Part shown: positions 14,401 through 25,428 of the stretch, in pieces
Layout of the letters: the number at the start of each line of letters is the position of its first letter
How positions within the stretch are numbered: position 1 is the first letter of the stretch
Assembly (NCBI GenBank): GCA_023231475.1
Contig: JALJEE010000553.1
Coordinates: 1 to 56,207 of the forward strand
DNA length: 56,207 nucleotides
Source: Seison nebaliae
Taxonomy: Eukaryota
Direction: 5' to 3'
Notes under the pieces: model-generated
What the model was told of the DNA's origin: nothing
The model's database searches: none
What the model saw: only the letters and a program-made list of their open reading frames with translations
Program-made: the position numbers and the translations under genes

Positions 14401-15832
14401 TTATACTTTGTCTTCTGGATTCGAAATCAGTATTCTTCTTTTTACCAAAATCGATTTCTACTTCTATTTGACTTGCGGTTTCTGAAGGATCTTTTTCAGT
14501 CTCTTTTTCCGGTTCGGGAAGATCCTCTAAAATAATTCAATTTATATTCAAACAAACTCATATAATTCTGACCATATTTTAGTGGTGGGAATTTTTCATT
14601 AGTAAACGATGATAATGATCTTCCAGACAGATAATCAAATGGATAATGTTGAAATGCTACAATAATCATACTCATTGTAAGTGCTCGACAAAGTTCGAAG
14701 CCGTATCCATCCGAAGTCTCGAATTCATGTTGTTTCTGTCGAGGATTCATACTCAAATTCGCCCAAGTACAAATTGAGAAGAAATTCACCAAATTATTTG
14801 TGTACTGGAAATTTAACGTTTCCGAATCAGCATTTACTTGAGCTCTACACATTTTCCTTAAAATATGATCACAGATTTTATCATTACACAATTGATATAA
14901 TTTCACAATGAATGATTCCATTTCATCTTTTAACGATTTCGACGGTTTTATATGTTGAATAATATATTGTAAGGCAAAGATCACCTAAAACCAGACGAAA
15001 TCAATTGATGATGTTGTGAAAAAGAAAAACTACATTTAATGCTGTTCGAGTATGTTCCTCATCAAAATCTTCCGTATCAGTCATGATCGATTCACTCCAG
15101 AGAGTAATAAACGAATTCATAATTGCTGCATTGTATGGATTGACACGATTTACACATTCCACATAATATCTCCATTCCATTTCAGAAGTAATCTTTTCCA
15201 TTAAATTCAAAGTCAGTTCTTTCCGATTGCCAAACAATTCATAGAATTCTCCCAATTCTTTTATTTTCAGTTCAAGAGTCTACAAAATTCCAAGAATTTC
15301 TTTCAAGTCAAATTCTGCTCCAACTTCTTTATCTCGTCTCTTCTTTTCTTGTGCTTCGCGTTCGCGTTGTTCCTGTAAACGACTCTCTTCTGCTAAAGCA
15401 GCTAAACGTGCTTCCTCTGCAAATTTTCCCAATTAACTATAAAAATAGATGAAATTTGGATGAACCTTCTTGTTGTCTCAATCGTTCTGCTTCCAATTCT
15501 CGTTGTCGTTTACTTTTCTTTCCTTTTCCCTAATAAATAAAAGATTATACATAATTTCTCTAACAATCGACTACTTACAGAAATTATCAATTTAATATAG
15601 TTTCAAAGCATTCTGAAAATTAGTAAAAGCAAATCAACCAAAATCAAGACTCAATTTACTATATTTATTTTACATTACAATACCTTTCTTCCACGTCCTT
15701 TTCCTTTTCCTTTTCCCTTAGCCTTTTTACGTGGACCTGCACGTTTACCCTTCTTTCCCTTTTTCTTACCACCTTTCTTAGGCTAACAATATCGGATGAT
15801 GAGTCGAAGGATGAATTGAAGCAACTAACCAT
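2473..15832 (-). CDS. DNAI7: Dynein axonemal intermediate chain 7 (CASC1/IC97), about 17 coding exons including a 9629-nt intron (3635-13263)
   Basis: Stitched exons give M|PKKGGKKK, a coiled coil, EWRYYVEC..NP..IMNSFITLW, IDLRMF..ELYDVPPQ, PIVGRWD..WRTD, FPFQSWYLYP..IEIK| and then, 9.6 kb downstream in phase 0, ESLYRF..GIFIFP..TYYQMALLSSA..HATLYHS..VYQLLRAIRPIICS*. All inferred GT..AG junctions keep frame. Confidence 0.85.
8898..12923 (+). CDS. Uncharacterised protein of about 1229 aa, Q/H/S/N-rich low complexity with a short ordered N-terminal segment; exons 8898-9270, 9549-10717, 10776-12923; nested antisense in the large DNAI7 intron
   Basis: Three ORFs join in frame through introns GTTAAT..TCTAG (278 nt, phase 1) and GTTTAT..ATTAG (58 nt, phase 0). 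Contains many CAA-encoded polyQ tracts. Confidence 0.75.
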
Positions 15833-16246
15833 TATCTTTCCTGAAATAACGAACTAATGTGATTTAAATTAATATTTACATTTCCCATGGAAACTTCAAT
15901 ATTATTCCAATGATGTGAAACTTTATAATATCAGATTTCATTGAAATATTTATTAAAGTTTTAAGCTCAATTTTTTCCGACTAAAAAATATCACACCGAC
16001 CGAATAATGTTGAAACACATTTGAAAAAACATTTTATCGAATATAAAAAATTTTCAGTCCAAAATATTAATTTTTAGGAAGTTTTAAAATTTTCAATTTT
16101 GAATAATTGGTGAAAACCAACAATTTTATCGCAAATAACTCGCTATACTCTATGATTGTCAGTTCAAAACTAAATAAGAAAGATAAATAACTTATTATTA
16201 TTATTCAGAAATTTTAATTCAAATTTAATTATACGAAACTTATTTG

Positions 16247-17183
16247 TTAAGGAACTGTCCTCGGGTATTCGTAGTCGAATTCATGTTCCAAAGATGTGGG
16301 AGGATAAAAGTTGGAAATCGTTGCCATTCCCTTAGCTTGGTAAGCCTTAATAATAATTGACGCGAAGAACATAAGAACCATTATCACTACCAGCAGCACG
16401 GTTATCGGCCATCTTAATTTCTTGAACAATTCATACGTTCCTATATTTTATCCTGTCACAACATTTGAGAAAGGAAAAATGAACTTAAATAAGTTTTAGA
16501 CAATATTCCTAGAAGAAATAAATAAGAAAAATTCCAGGAAGAGAGATTAAACTGTCTGTCATTCTTGCAGCTTTCTTAACTTTGGGTGTCACAATCAATT
16601 TTTCGATTTCCATCAGAATCATATTAACAATTGTATTTTCTGTGCATTGTCAAATTTTTGACAAATTAAAAATCATTCATCGTTTGTTGAAGAAAAACTT
16701 GGTCTTTTTCGACGTTTCATTAATTTTCTTATTTTGCTAGTTGCATTATTTGAAATGTTTTGGTTAAGATAATTTTCTTTCACAATTACGTTCAATTCCA
16801 TTCGATTTCCATATTGATTCATTACTAATTAAATTTATAATTATTTAAAAATTAATTTTCTCTAAATTCATAACATTTAGGAAGAATTGTATTAAAATGA
16901 TTCCATTGATAATATAAAATTATCCGATCATTCCTGACTTTTATCTGTTTGGTGAATATGTGAAGAGATGTCTGTGTATTCGGCTAATGATTATAAATAA
17001 TAAGATTGACTGTGGGAAGAATATTCAAACTGGAACTGGTTTTCTTCTCATACGAAACTGGTAATGAGATGAAGTTGATCGAACATCCCAAAATAAAGTT
17101 CTGGTGAAAGATCGATTGTTTATATGGAGAATAGTGAAGAAGATGTCGGAGGATTTCAACCTCTCGAACACGAGAAGTGACAT
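16247..17183 (-). CDS. Divergent MSP-domain-like membrane protein, tandem paralog C (multi-exon; internal boundaries approximate)
   Basis: ATG at 17183 gives MSLLVFERL..FFTILHINNRSFTRTLFWDVRST..|PNTQTSLHIF..DRIILYY, a basic linker, TM segment WPITVLLVVIMVLMFFASIII and tail YPPTSLEHEFDYEYPR. Confidence 0.55.
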
Positions 17184-17284
17184 ACAATTTGAAATTTTTT
17201 TATTGTTCTAAAATTTAACAAAATTATTTTCATTTTATGTTTCGCTTTTATTTGATTAATCGGATCTAATGTCTTCCTATGGCT

Positions 17285-18425
17285 TTAAGGATGCGGTAAA
17301 TTGACGGAATATTGATATTGCTCCTCGTCCATTAATGGAGGGTCTTCATTAACTGGGGAATTATTAGAAAATTTTATCTCTCGAATCAAAACCAAGAGGG
17401 CATAGTAGAAAACGAAAAAGATAATAATCATAATAATAATTTGATAATATTTTCGTACGTTGAATCGACCTACAATCGAATAGAATTAAAGAAACAATTG
17501 AACAAAATCTGATGAAAACTTTTCTTCTTTTCCAACTTCCTCGATTGTAAATAATAAGGAACTAGAAAAGAAGAAGAATTAGGAAAATTTGAAAGAAAAA
17601 ATAATTTGACTGTTTCGTACTTCAATCATAAAACGGAGGAAAGCCGCATTGATGAAATTTAGAATATCGATAATTTTACAATGAATAAATTCAGTTATCG
17701 GTCGACTCCAATAACAAGCGATTACATAATTGATTCCAGTTAAGAATTTTATGATATATCCAAGAATGTGTCCTTTCGAATGTGTAGCAAGATAATTTCC
17801 TCGTTTATCATCTGAAAATTCTCGCACTTTCTTCTTTTTCTGATGTTTCTTATGTTTCTTCTTTTTTTCTCTTTTGTTTCTTCTTTGATCTGTCAAGAAT
17901 TTCTTTCGTGTTTGATTCAAGTAATCCAAAAGTTTTGGATCGATTTCATCTGATTTTAAAATTTTTAAAGACAATATAATAAGCATTTAACATTCAAGTT
18001 CATCCCTTTTTTTCTTTTTCGATTTCTTCGATTTTTTTCTGTTGTTATTCTTATTAATCTTCAATCTATTGGAATTATTTCGATTCCATCTCTGTTTATC
18101 GATGAATCTTCTCGTGAAATTCAATGCATTTTGTTCGAATTGGATATCAATAAAGTTGCGAAATTGTGAAGGAAATTTTCTCCTGTAAATTCTTATCGTA
18201 TATTGTTCATTTGGCTACGGATAATATGAAATATGAAATTAATTGAAGACGAAAAACTTGGAGATTGTTGGAAATTTGTGATATTTTATAAATTGATTTA
18301 TCGTAAAATAAATTATATTTCAAAAAGTCTTTCGATGATGAATTAATTATTATGAGATCAGCAAAGTAAAATTGATTATTGGGAGAAACGGGTTTGAACG
18401 AAATATTAAACTCTTCCAAATACAT
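17285..18425 (-). CDS. Divergent MSP-domain-like membrane protein, tandem paralog B
   Basis: MYLEEF..YFADLIIINSSSKDFLKYNL..Q|PNEQYTIRIY, a Lys-rich linker, and a last exon KYYQIIIMIIFFVFYYALLVLIRE..PPLMDEEQYQY..HP*. Confidence 0.55.
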
Positions 18426-18491
18426 TCAAACAATGTCCAAATTTTTAAATTTTGAGAGATCTTTTTATTTTCGTTTTAAAAAAAATTATGT

Positions 18492-19650
18492 CTAATAATC
18501 GAAATCGATTGATCGATGAGGTCTGTAAAATAAACGTCTGGGATATTCATATTCACGATCCATCAAAGTTGGAGGATATGGATGTTGATTACGGTAATCT
18601 GGAACATTTCCATACGCCTGAACTATGATGACTATTATCACCACCACAAAAGTGAGAAAAGCGAAGAAGATCATATAATTCTTCGTATGTAAAGTAAAGT
18701 CACCATTTAACATTTCTAGAAAAAATTTTAATAAAAGTTATACAAAGTTTAATAAAGAAATACTTTCCAATTTGATTAGTGGTTTCAAGTCGAGAGTATC
18801 TAAAATTTTGTAATTTCAATAATTTCCAAGAAGAATGGTAATAAAACCGAAAACAACTCCTAAAATCGATCTTATCGCCTTATCAGGAACTTTAACAAAT
18901 TTACAATTTATCAATTCGTCAATTCTTAAGAATGAAACCGTCCATCAATTTCTTAGTTCGACGTCTTGCCCTTGTTGACTTTTTAGACCTTTTCGACTTT
19001 TTAGATTTTTTCGATCTGACTGATTTTTTTGATCTATGCGATCTTTTCGATTTTTTCTTTTTCGCCAGCGCATTGGAATTCGTGTTAAATTCAGAAAAAT
19101 TTTGAGATGAAAATAAAATGGAATGATGTCTTAATCGACAGTTTTCAACGAGTTGAACATGGAATAGTTTTCTAGTGAATTTCGTATCCGTCAATTGTTC
19201 TTCAAAAATTTCAGTTTCTTATAGAAATAATCATCTCTAAAAAATTAGCAATCACAATCGAGTAAATTTATAATCTAACAACTTGTATCATGATTCATCA
19301 TGAACGAATTATCTGATGAATATCGAATAAAAATTCGATCAGATTCTTCATTAATTATTGACGAAAATATTTTGATATACTCAATTTGATTTGGCTATAC
19401 GAATTTTTAATTTTCCAAAAAAAATTGACATTAAAACTTTATTCATAATTCTGAGATATTTTTATTTAACTTGAATTAAATAATAGTTTTTTGGAGAAAA
19501 GTATCGTTTGTTATTTGATGAGAATTGACATGCGAGAACAGATTGAGAAGAATAATTATGTAATCGAACAGATGCGGTAAATAGTGATGGATTAATAGAT
19601 TGATGAAATTGTATAATTCCACCAGTTTCAATCGATTTAAATTTCGTCAT
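18492..19650 (-). CDS. Divergent MSP-domain-like membrane protein, tandem paralog A
   Basis: MTKFK..FTASVRLHNYSSQSVLACQFSSNNKRYFSP..Q|PNQIEYIKIF..DRIFIRY, a KKSKRS-repeat linker, TM segment IFFAFLTFVVVIIVIIV and tail YPPTLMDREYEYPRR. Confidence 0.6.
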
Positions 19651-19727
19651 GATTCAATAACAAAGTACATGAATGGATATGAGAAAAGGAGATGAAATAG
19701 AAAATTTTAAACAATACGAGATGTTTA

Positions 19728-22093
19728 TTAATGGATTGGTTCTAAAATCTCAGCACGATTCGATAAATAGACAATCCAATAAATAATATTAATTAATGTG
19801 AATGTTAATGGATATAATAAGCGAGCAGCTGAATCAATTCGACTTCCACTATTCGTCGGATAACGATTAGCGACGGAATGAGAAAGATTCTGTGAGCGAA
19901 TATATGCCGGTTCCAAAGTGTAAATCGATTGAAATGTTCTCCACAAGAATTTTTTAAAACGTAGAAAAATATTTCGATTTTTCCCGTCAATCGAACCAGA
20001 AGTACGAAGAATTGTCTCTTCATTAACAGGATATTCATCTGAATCATCTGCATCATATTCGATTGGATGTTTATTTATTTCACAACTTTCGGACGATTGT
20101 GTAAATTGAACAGATAATTCATTTCCCGTTTCGTTACAAATACATTTCACTATTGTCTCCTGATTGCCTTGTCTGGTGACTTGAGATCCAGTCACAACAT
20201 TATATCGATATTTCTTCACATCATTTTTTTCACGTCTAGTTATCGTGTAAATTTCTTCTTGGAAATTGGCCTTTTGTTGATTGTAAAATTTTTTTATATT
20301 TTTTTCTCCTATCGAACAATTCGTCCCGCTACAAATGATGTTGTTCAATGAACTCTCGGAAATTTCGTTTTCTTTCGTCACATTCTCATAATGACTAAAT
20401 GAGTCATAAGGAGTTTTGGATGAGAAGCTGGTTTCTTTCTCGTCCACATAACAATTAGTACGATTCGATTTAACCACATCGTATTTATTGTAATTGAGAG
20501 GAGAAGCATCTTGAGATGAATTATTTGAAGAATTATTATTCGTTGATGGATTGGATGATATTAAATTGGAATCATCTCCATCTAATATGTCATTCGGTTC
20601 GTCATCTAATTCATTATCTGTCGCTTCATCTCCACTACTATCGCTAGAGAAATAATGTTCTTTCTAAAGAAATTTGAGTTATTAATTAAATTTATTATTA
20701 TATAATAATGAAATTCTAATAAATAACTTGAAGAATTTGTGCTAAAGGAACATCAATCGTCTTTTTATATGGATCGTAAATATCGACATATTCTCCAGAT
20801 CCATATTTAGTGAAATAATGAACACAAGCAAATTCGAACATTGTCGAGAATACGAAGAAGAAAGCTATCCATAAATAATAATCGAGAGCTGTTGTATATG
20901 GAACTTTGGGCAAGTCATTCCTGGCTTCCAATGTAAGGAAGGTTATGGTGAAAACAGTGTAGACACCGAGAGCGATCCGATCACTGGTGGCTTCTCGATT
21001 GAGAAAGAAACCAACCCAAGAGAGAAAGACGAGTAGAGTACATGGCAAGTAGACTTGGAGTAGAAAGTATCCCATATGTCGAATCAGATAAAAATTGATT
21101 TGAAGAATGGAAAAATTTCCTGCAATTCCTTCCATGTAACTTTCATAGAGTGGCGCCTTAATCAAATCGAATTGGGAGAGACCTCGTGAATTCGTCTCGA
21201 ATTTCACCGACGAATTTATACCCATTTTCCATCGATAAATCACTTCGTCATCATAATAAGCGTCTAATGGGAAATTAGTTGGGGAGATAAAATATACGAA
21301 CAACTTCCCAAAAATAAGGGACATACTTGAGTGTCCATTGGGAAATGTTTGAGATTCATGTGACAAGATGATCGAATAGTTAATCTAAAAATTTTTAAAC
21401 GAATTCAAATTATTCAAATATGGAAATGAACCTCATGGAATATACGATGGTTCCATTCCTACGTAATCTGATTAATTTATTGGGTTGAGGAATGGTGTGA
21501 ATGTATGAGCCGAGACCATTATGAATGAATGTGTCGGGACGCCAAATCTGTTCCAAGAGTCGTATACTGACCGATAATTCATCTTCCGGACCGTCAAAAG
21601 CCAATCTTGGGTCAGTCCATGTTTGTCTCATATAACAATCCATTTTGAATGTCTGAATGAGAAGAAAATATTTAAGAAGTGAAAGGAGGAAAATAACCAT
21701 ATCTTGTTCGGAGATTGGTCCGACACTATTTACGTGAAAATCGATTAATATATTCACAGGAGTATCTGTCAATGAAGTGGATGAAGAATATGAAACGAGA
21801 TGAGATTTGAACTGTTCTTTGTGGGTGGTGTTCTCGCTTTGTCATAATTATCCAATAATCGATCAAGGATATTCGTGATGGTTTTCACATATAATTTAGT
21901 CGAACCATTAATCGTTTTACTATGATCACTATGATGATGAAGATATGAAAGAATTGAAGAATATGAATAAGAGAAGTAACATGATAGAATGATTAAATTG
22001 AAAGGATTGATGAGAGGTGTGAACTAATGTGGAAAAGAAGATTGAATGAATAATGACGTTTAGAAGATGGAAAATAATTGTTTGTTCCATCAT
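19728..22093 (-). CDS. Cys-loop GABA-gated ion channel subunit, GRD/alpha-like clade (6-7 exons; 5' end less certain)
   Basis: ILDRLLDNYDK, GPISE, DCYMRQTWTDPRL, IWRPDTF, spliced Cys-loop CHMNLKHFPMDTQVC, M1 GYFLLQVYLPCTLLVFLSWVGF, NREATSDR-M2-LEARNDLPKVPYTTALD, M4 SRIDSAARLLYP. Confidence 0.9.
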
Positions 22094-23551
22094 CCAATCG
22101 TCAATATACTCGTTAACAGATAAATAGATGAATTAATTTCGATTGATTTAAAATGAGAGTCATTGTTATGCTTCGTCTCCAACAATATTTTCTGCCATTG
22201 ATATTAATTGATTTAGTACAATCTCTATATGTGCAAGGGTAATTCCTTCCGTACTTTGTTTACGTATCTACCAGTTTATTAATGTTGACTAAATATTGGA
22301 GAAAATCGGTGGACGAGAAACACGAAAGACAAGAAGGATAAAAGTGAAAGTAAAAGAAGGAGTAATATTTCACAGTTGACGAAATAAATCGTTGAATGAT
22401 AAATAAATTAATGAAATTCTTCAAGGAAATATATCATTTAACTTCGCCATCATAACTATTCATCATCTACGGCATAATGTCATTGAAGAGCGCTGTCGAG
22501 TTTTTGTGGAGAGTCTATTCCACTAGTTGTGTGATAATTGAAAGATGAACTCGATTGCATAGTTGCATCTCATATGCATAAATTTCAGTAGGAAGCGAGG
22601 CGAAAGGGAAGAACGAACGACAAAACGATTAAACTACTTTGGGAAAAAAAGAAGAATAGTCGATAAATAGCTCATCAGTCTCATACATCATTCTAATTCT
22701 CATCATGTTCCCCTCCAATATCATTCTCACAATCAATCATTCAATTCACTTAATCGGAACGAGTCTTGTTGAGAGAATAATTCTCATCCAAAACAAAAAT
22801 CGAATCTCTAAAAATTTTAATTCTCTCTATCAATCTAACCGGATGTTCATCTTATACACTTTATCATAAAATATTCTCTAAAAAGCATGTGCTCTAATTT
22901 ATTGAAATATGGAAAATGAAAGAAAATCCTCTTGTTCTCTCACTTATTCTCTATCAAATATCATCAATTCTGCACACGAAATTCATCTCATTCTCTTCAA
23001 TCATAAAAAAGAATCTTTCCATTAAATGATTTCCCAAAACAACGTCAAGTTAATGGAAAAAAATAAATTCCAAATTATATTTCTCTTAAAAAAATTTTTG
23101 AACATAAAATTTTTTCTAAAGAAATTCGAAAAAACAATTATTTTAAATGAGAATATATAACTAGAAATTCAGGTAGATTTTATTAGGGATAATTTGAAGA
23201 AAATTTATTTTAATTTAATTATAAGAAAATTACGGGGTAGTCATTCAAATTACGATTGGGAGACTAATATATTTAATATACATTTAATTAATTGAACACG
23301 CGTCTGGATATTATAAAAAGAATAAAATGTAGAAATTTCATTACAGCAATAAATAAATGCTGATTTGTTATACTGACAATTTATAAGAAAAGACATTCGA
23401 ATGTTCTGTCGCCAACAGACGATGGTTTGATTAGAATTATAAGAAATTGATTTCCGTTCGATGACATGAACGAACAAATTTCTTCACGAAAGAATACAAT
23501 GTTTTTTTCGATGATTTGATTCATGTGAATTTTGTGGAGGAGAATTAATTC

Positions 23552-25351
23552 TTACTGGACATTTCCCATATCGTTCAATTGAGATGTTTGATGAAAATTT
23601 TCCATTTTAGTCAATTGTCCCATTTGGTGTTGGAATGGATATTGGTTATGTCTTTTATCCGTTTGACGATTATTCATCATCACATTACAATTAGTTGGAT
23701 AATAGAAATAAGTTGGAGTACTATTATTTGATTTGGACGGAATGACAATCGTATTAATATTATCATCATTTTGATGATATTCTAATTCTTTTCCCTCAGA
23801 ATAATTATCAGTCACGTTTTCCACGACGGTAGTGGAACAATCGAATGCTTCTAATAATTCGTCGACTTGTTGTTCTTCACCTTTCTTCCTTTTCGATTTA
23901 TTATTAGAAATATTTCTTCGTTTTCTATTCGATTTTCTTGTTTCATTCTCTAACATCTTCAATGGAATTGGATCAGATATCTCATCATTTCCATCTTGAC
24001 GATGTTTCATTTTTATATGTTTCACCAAATGATGTTTTTGAGTATAAGTCATAGGACATTCCGAACATTTATATGGACGATCATTCATATGAAGAGAAGT
24101 TGAATGACGTCTCAATGAATCAGCACGAGCGAACGCTGCTGAACATAATCCGCAATGGAAAGGACGATTTGCCAATTGTTCGGCAGTGAAAACTTTACGA
24201 TGAATTCTCTTCCTATATTTCCGTTGATTGATATTATCTTCTGATTCTGACAATTTAATTTCATCTGAATTACTTAGAAGTTCTTTCAAAATGTTCTTCG
24301 GATCAAAATCAATTTTCAAATCTAACGAGACGAAATAAGAGAAGAAATGGAAAGCGCAAAGTTCAATGAGAAAGACTTCATAAATTTCAGGAAGTTCAAA
24401 ATTGAATTTATTCTTGAAATCATCAATCGATAATATTTCCGTATTCTTCTTCATCTTCCTCTCTTTCAGAGAAATATATCCTCGAAACAAATTGAGTCGT
24501 CCATAGAAATCGATGTGATTCATTTCCAAATGATCATTCAATTCTTTTCCATCGAAATAATTCATTTTCTCTCCATTCTCCTCATAATTCTGTTCACATA
24601 GCCAACACTGAATTTTCTCAGGTAAATTATCATTATTCTTTTTCAATCCACTCGTTGATAATTTACTTATATTGAATTCGGTGAGAATTATGGAATTTAT
24701 CGGACAATAATTCGGTATACATCTCGTCATCAATTTATTCGAATCTTCTTCTTTCTCAATGTTATTATTATTATCATTATTATCGTTATGGTAGTTATTG
24801 TTATTGGAAGCGAATCGATGTTGTGGTCGTCTAGAGGTGGTTTGGACTAATGTCGACCGAATATTCGTGGAATCGACCAATTGGTAAACGTCTTTAGAGA
24901 TGACAGAATGAGAAAGGAGGAGATGTTGGAAATATGCTGCCATCACTCTCCATTCATTATCGATATTTGAAATTTTAGTTTCTTTCGATTTTGTCTCAAA
25001 TTTATCTTTCACTTCAAAATATTTATCACAAATTTGACAAATAAATTTCACCGAATTCACATTCTCACCATAACTACACAATTTGCCTTTACTCTTCCTT
25101 CCCACCATCTTCACTTCCACACCATCATCACCGGAATTTGTCACATCTTCTCCCAAGGTATTATCTTCAAAAATCGACGCACTCGATTTACAGAAAGAAG
25201 AAGTAGAAGACGAAGTGGACGAACATCTCCCACTTTCTCCATAGGAGATATATTCGTTTTTGAAAAAATTGGCAGGGTGGGCGGAATGTGCGATATTGTG
25301 CGTATGCAATTTATCAGAATCACTAAATTTTTGAAATAAACGTTTGTTCAT
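23552..25351 (-). CDS. C2H2 zinc-finger protein (intronless; likely ATG at 25351)
   Basis: Tandem fingers FHCGLCSAAFARADSLRRHSTSLH and RPYKCSECPMTYTQKHHLVKHIKMKH, plus degenerate CxxC..H fingers upstream and a basic NLS-like stretch. Confidence 0.85.
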   Translation of the reverse strand: MNKRLFQKFSDSDKLHTHNIAHSAHPANFFKNEYISYGESGRCSSTSSSTSSFCKSSASIFEDNTLGEDVTNSGDDGVEVKMVGRKSKGKLCSYGENVNSVKFICQICDKYFEVKDKFETKSKETKISNIDNEWRVMAAYFQHLLLSHSVISKDVYQLVDSTNIRSTLVQTTSRRPQHRFASNNNNYHNDNNDNNNNIEKEEDSNKLMTRCIPNYCPINSIILTEFNISKLSTSGLKKNNDNLPEKIQCWLCEQNYEENGEKMNYFDGKELNDHLEMNHIDFYGRLNLFRGYISLKERKMKKNTEILSIDDFKNKFNFELPEIYEVFLIELCAFHFFSYFVSLDLKIDFDPKNILKELLSNSDEIKLSESEDNINQRKYRKRIHRKVFTAEQLANRPFHCGLCSAAFARADSLRRHSTSLHMNDRPYKCSECPMTYTQKHHLVKHIKMKHRQDGNDEISDPIPLKMLENETRKSNRKRRNISNNKSKRKKGEEQQVDELLEAFDCSTTVVENVTDNYSEGKELEYHQNDDNINTIVIPSKSNNSTPTYFYYPTNCNVMMNNRQTDKRHNQYPFQHQMGQLTKMENFHQTSQLNDMGNVQ

Positions 25352-25428
25352 GATTCGTACAGAAACAAAACGCACAACGATCACATTCACATTAAGCTTA
25401 CTTTTGTAAATTAAAAAAAGAAATTTAT

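Noticed and set aside
16984..17187. ORF-track peptide MYVTSRVREVEIL
   Set aside because: Wrong frame with a TTG start; the ATG at 17183 gives the frame homologous to paralogs A and B.
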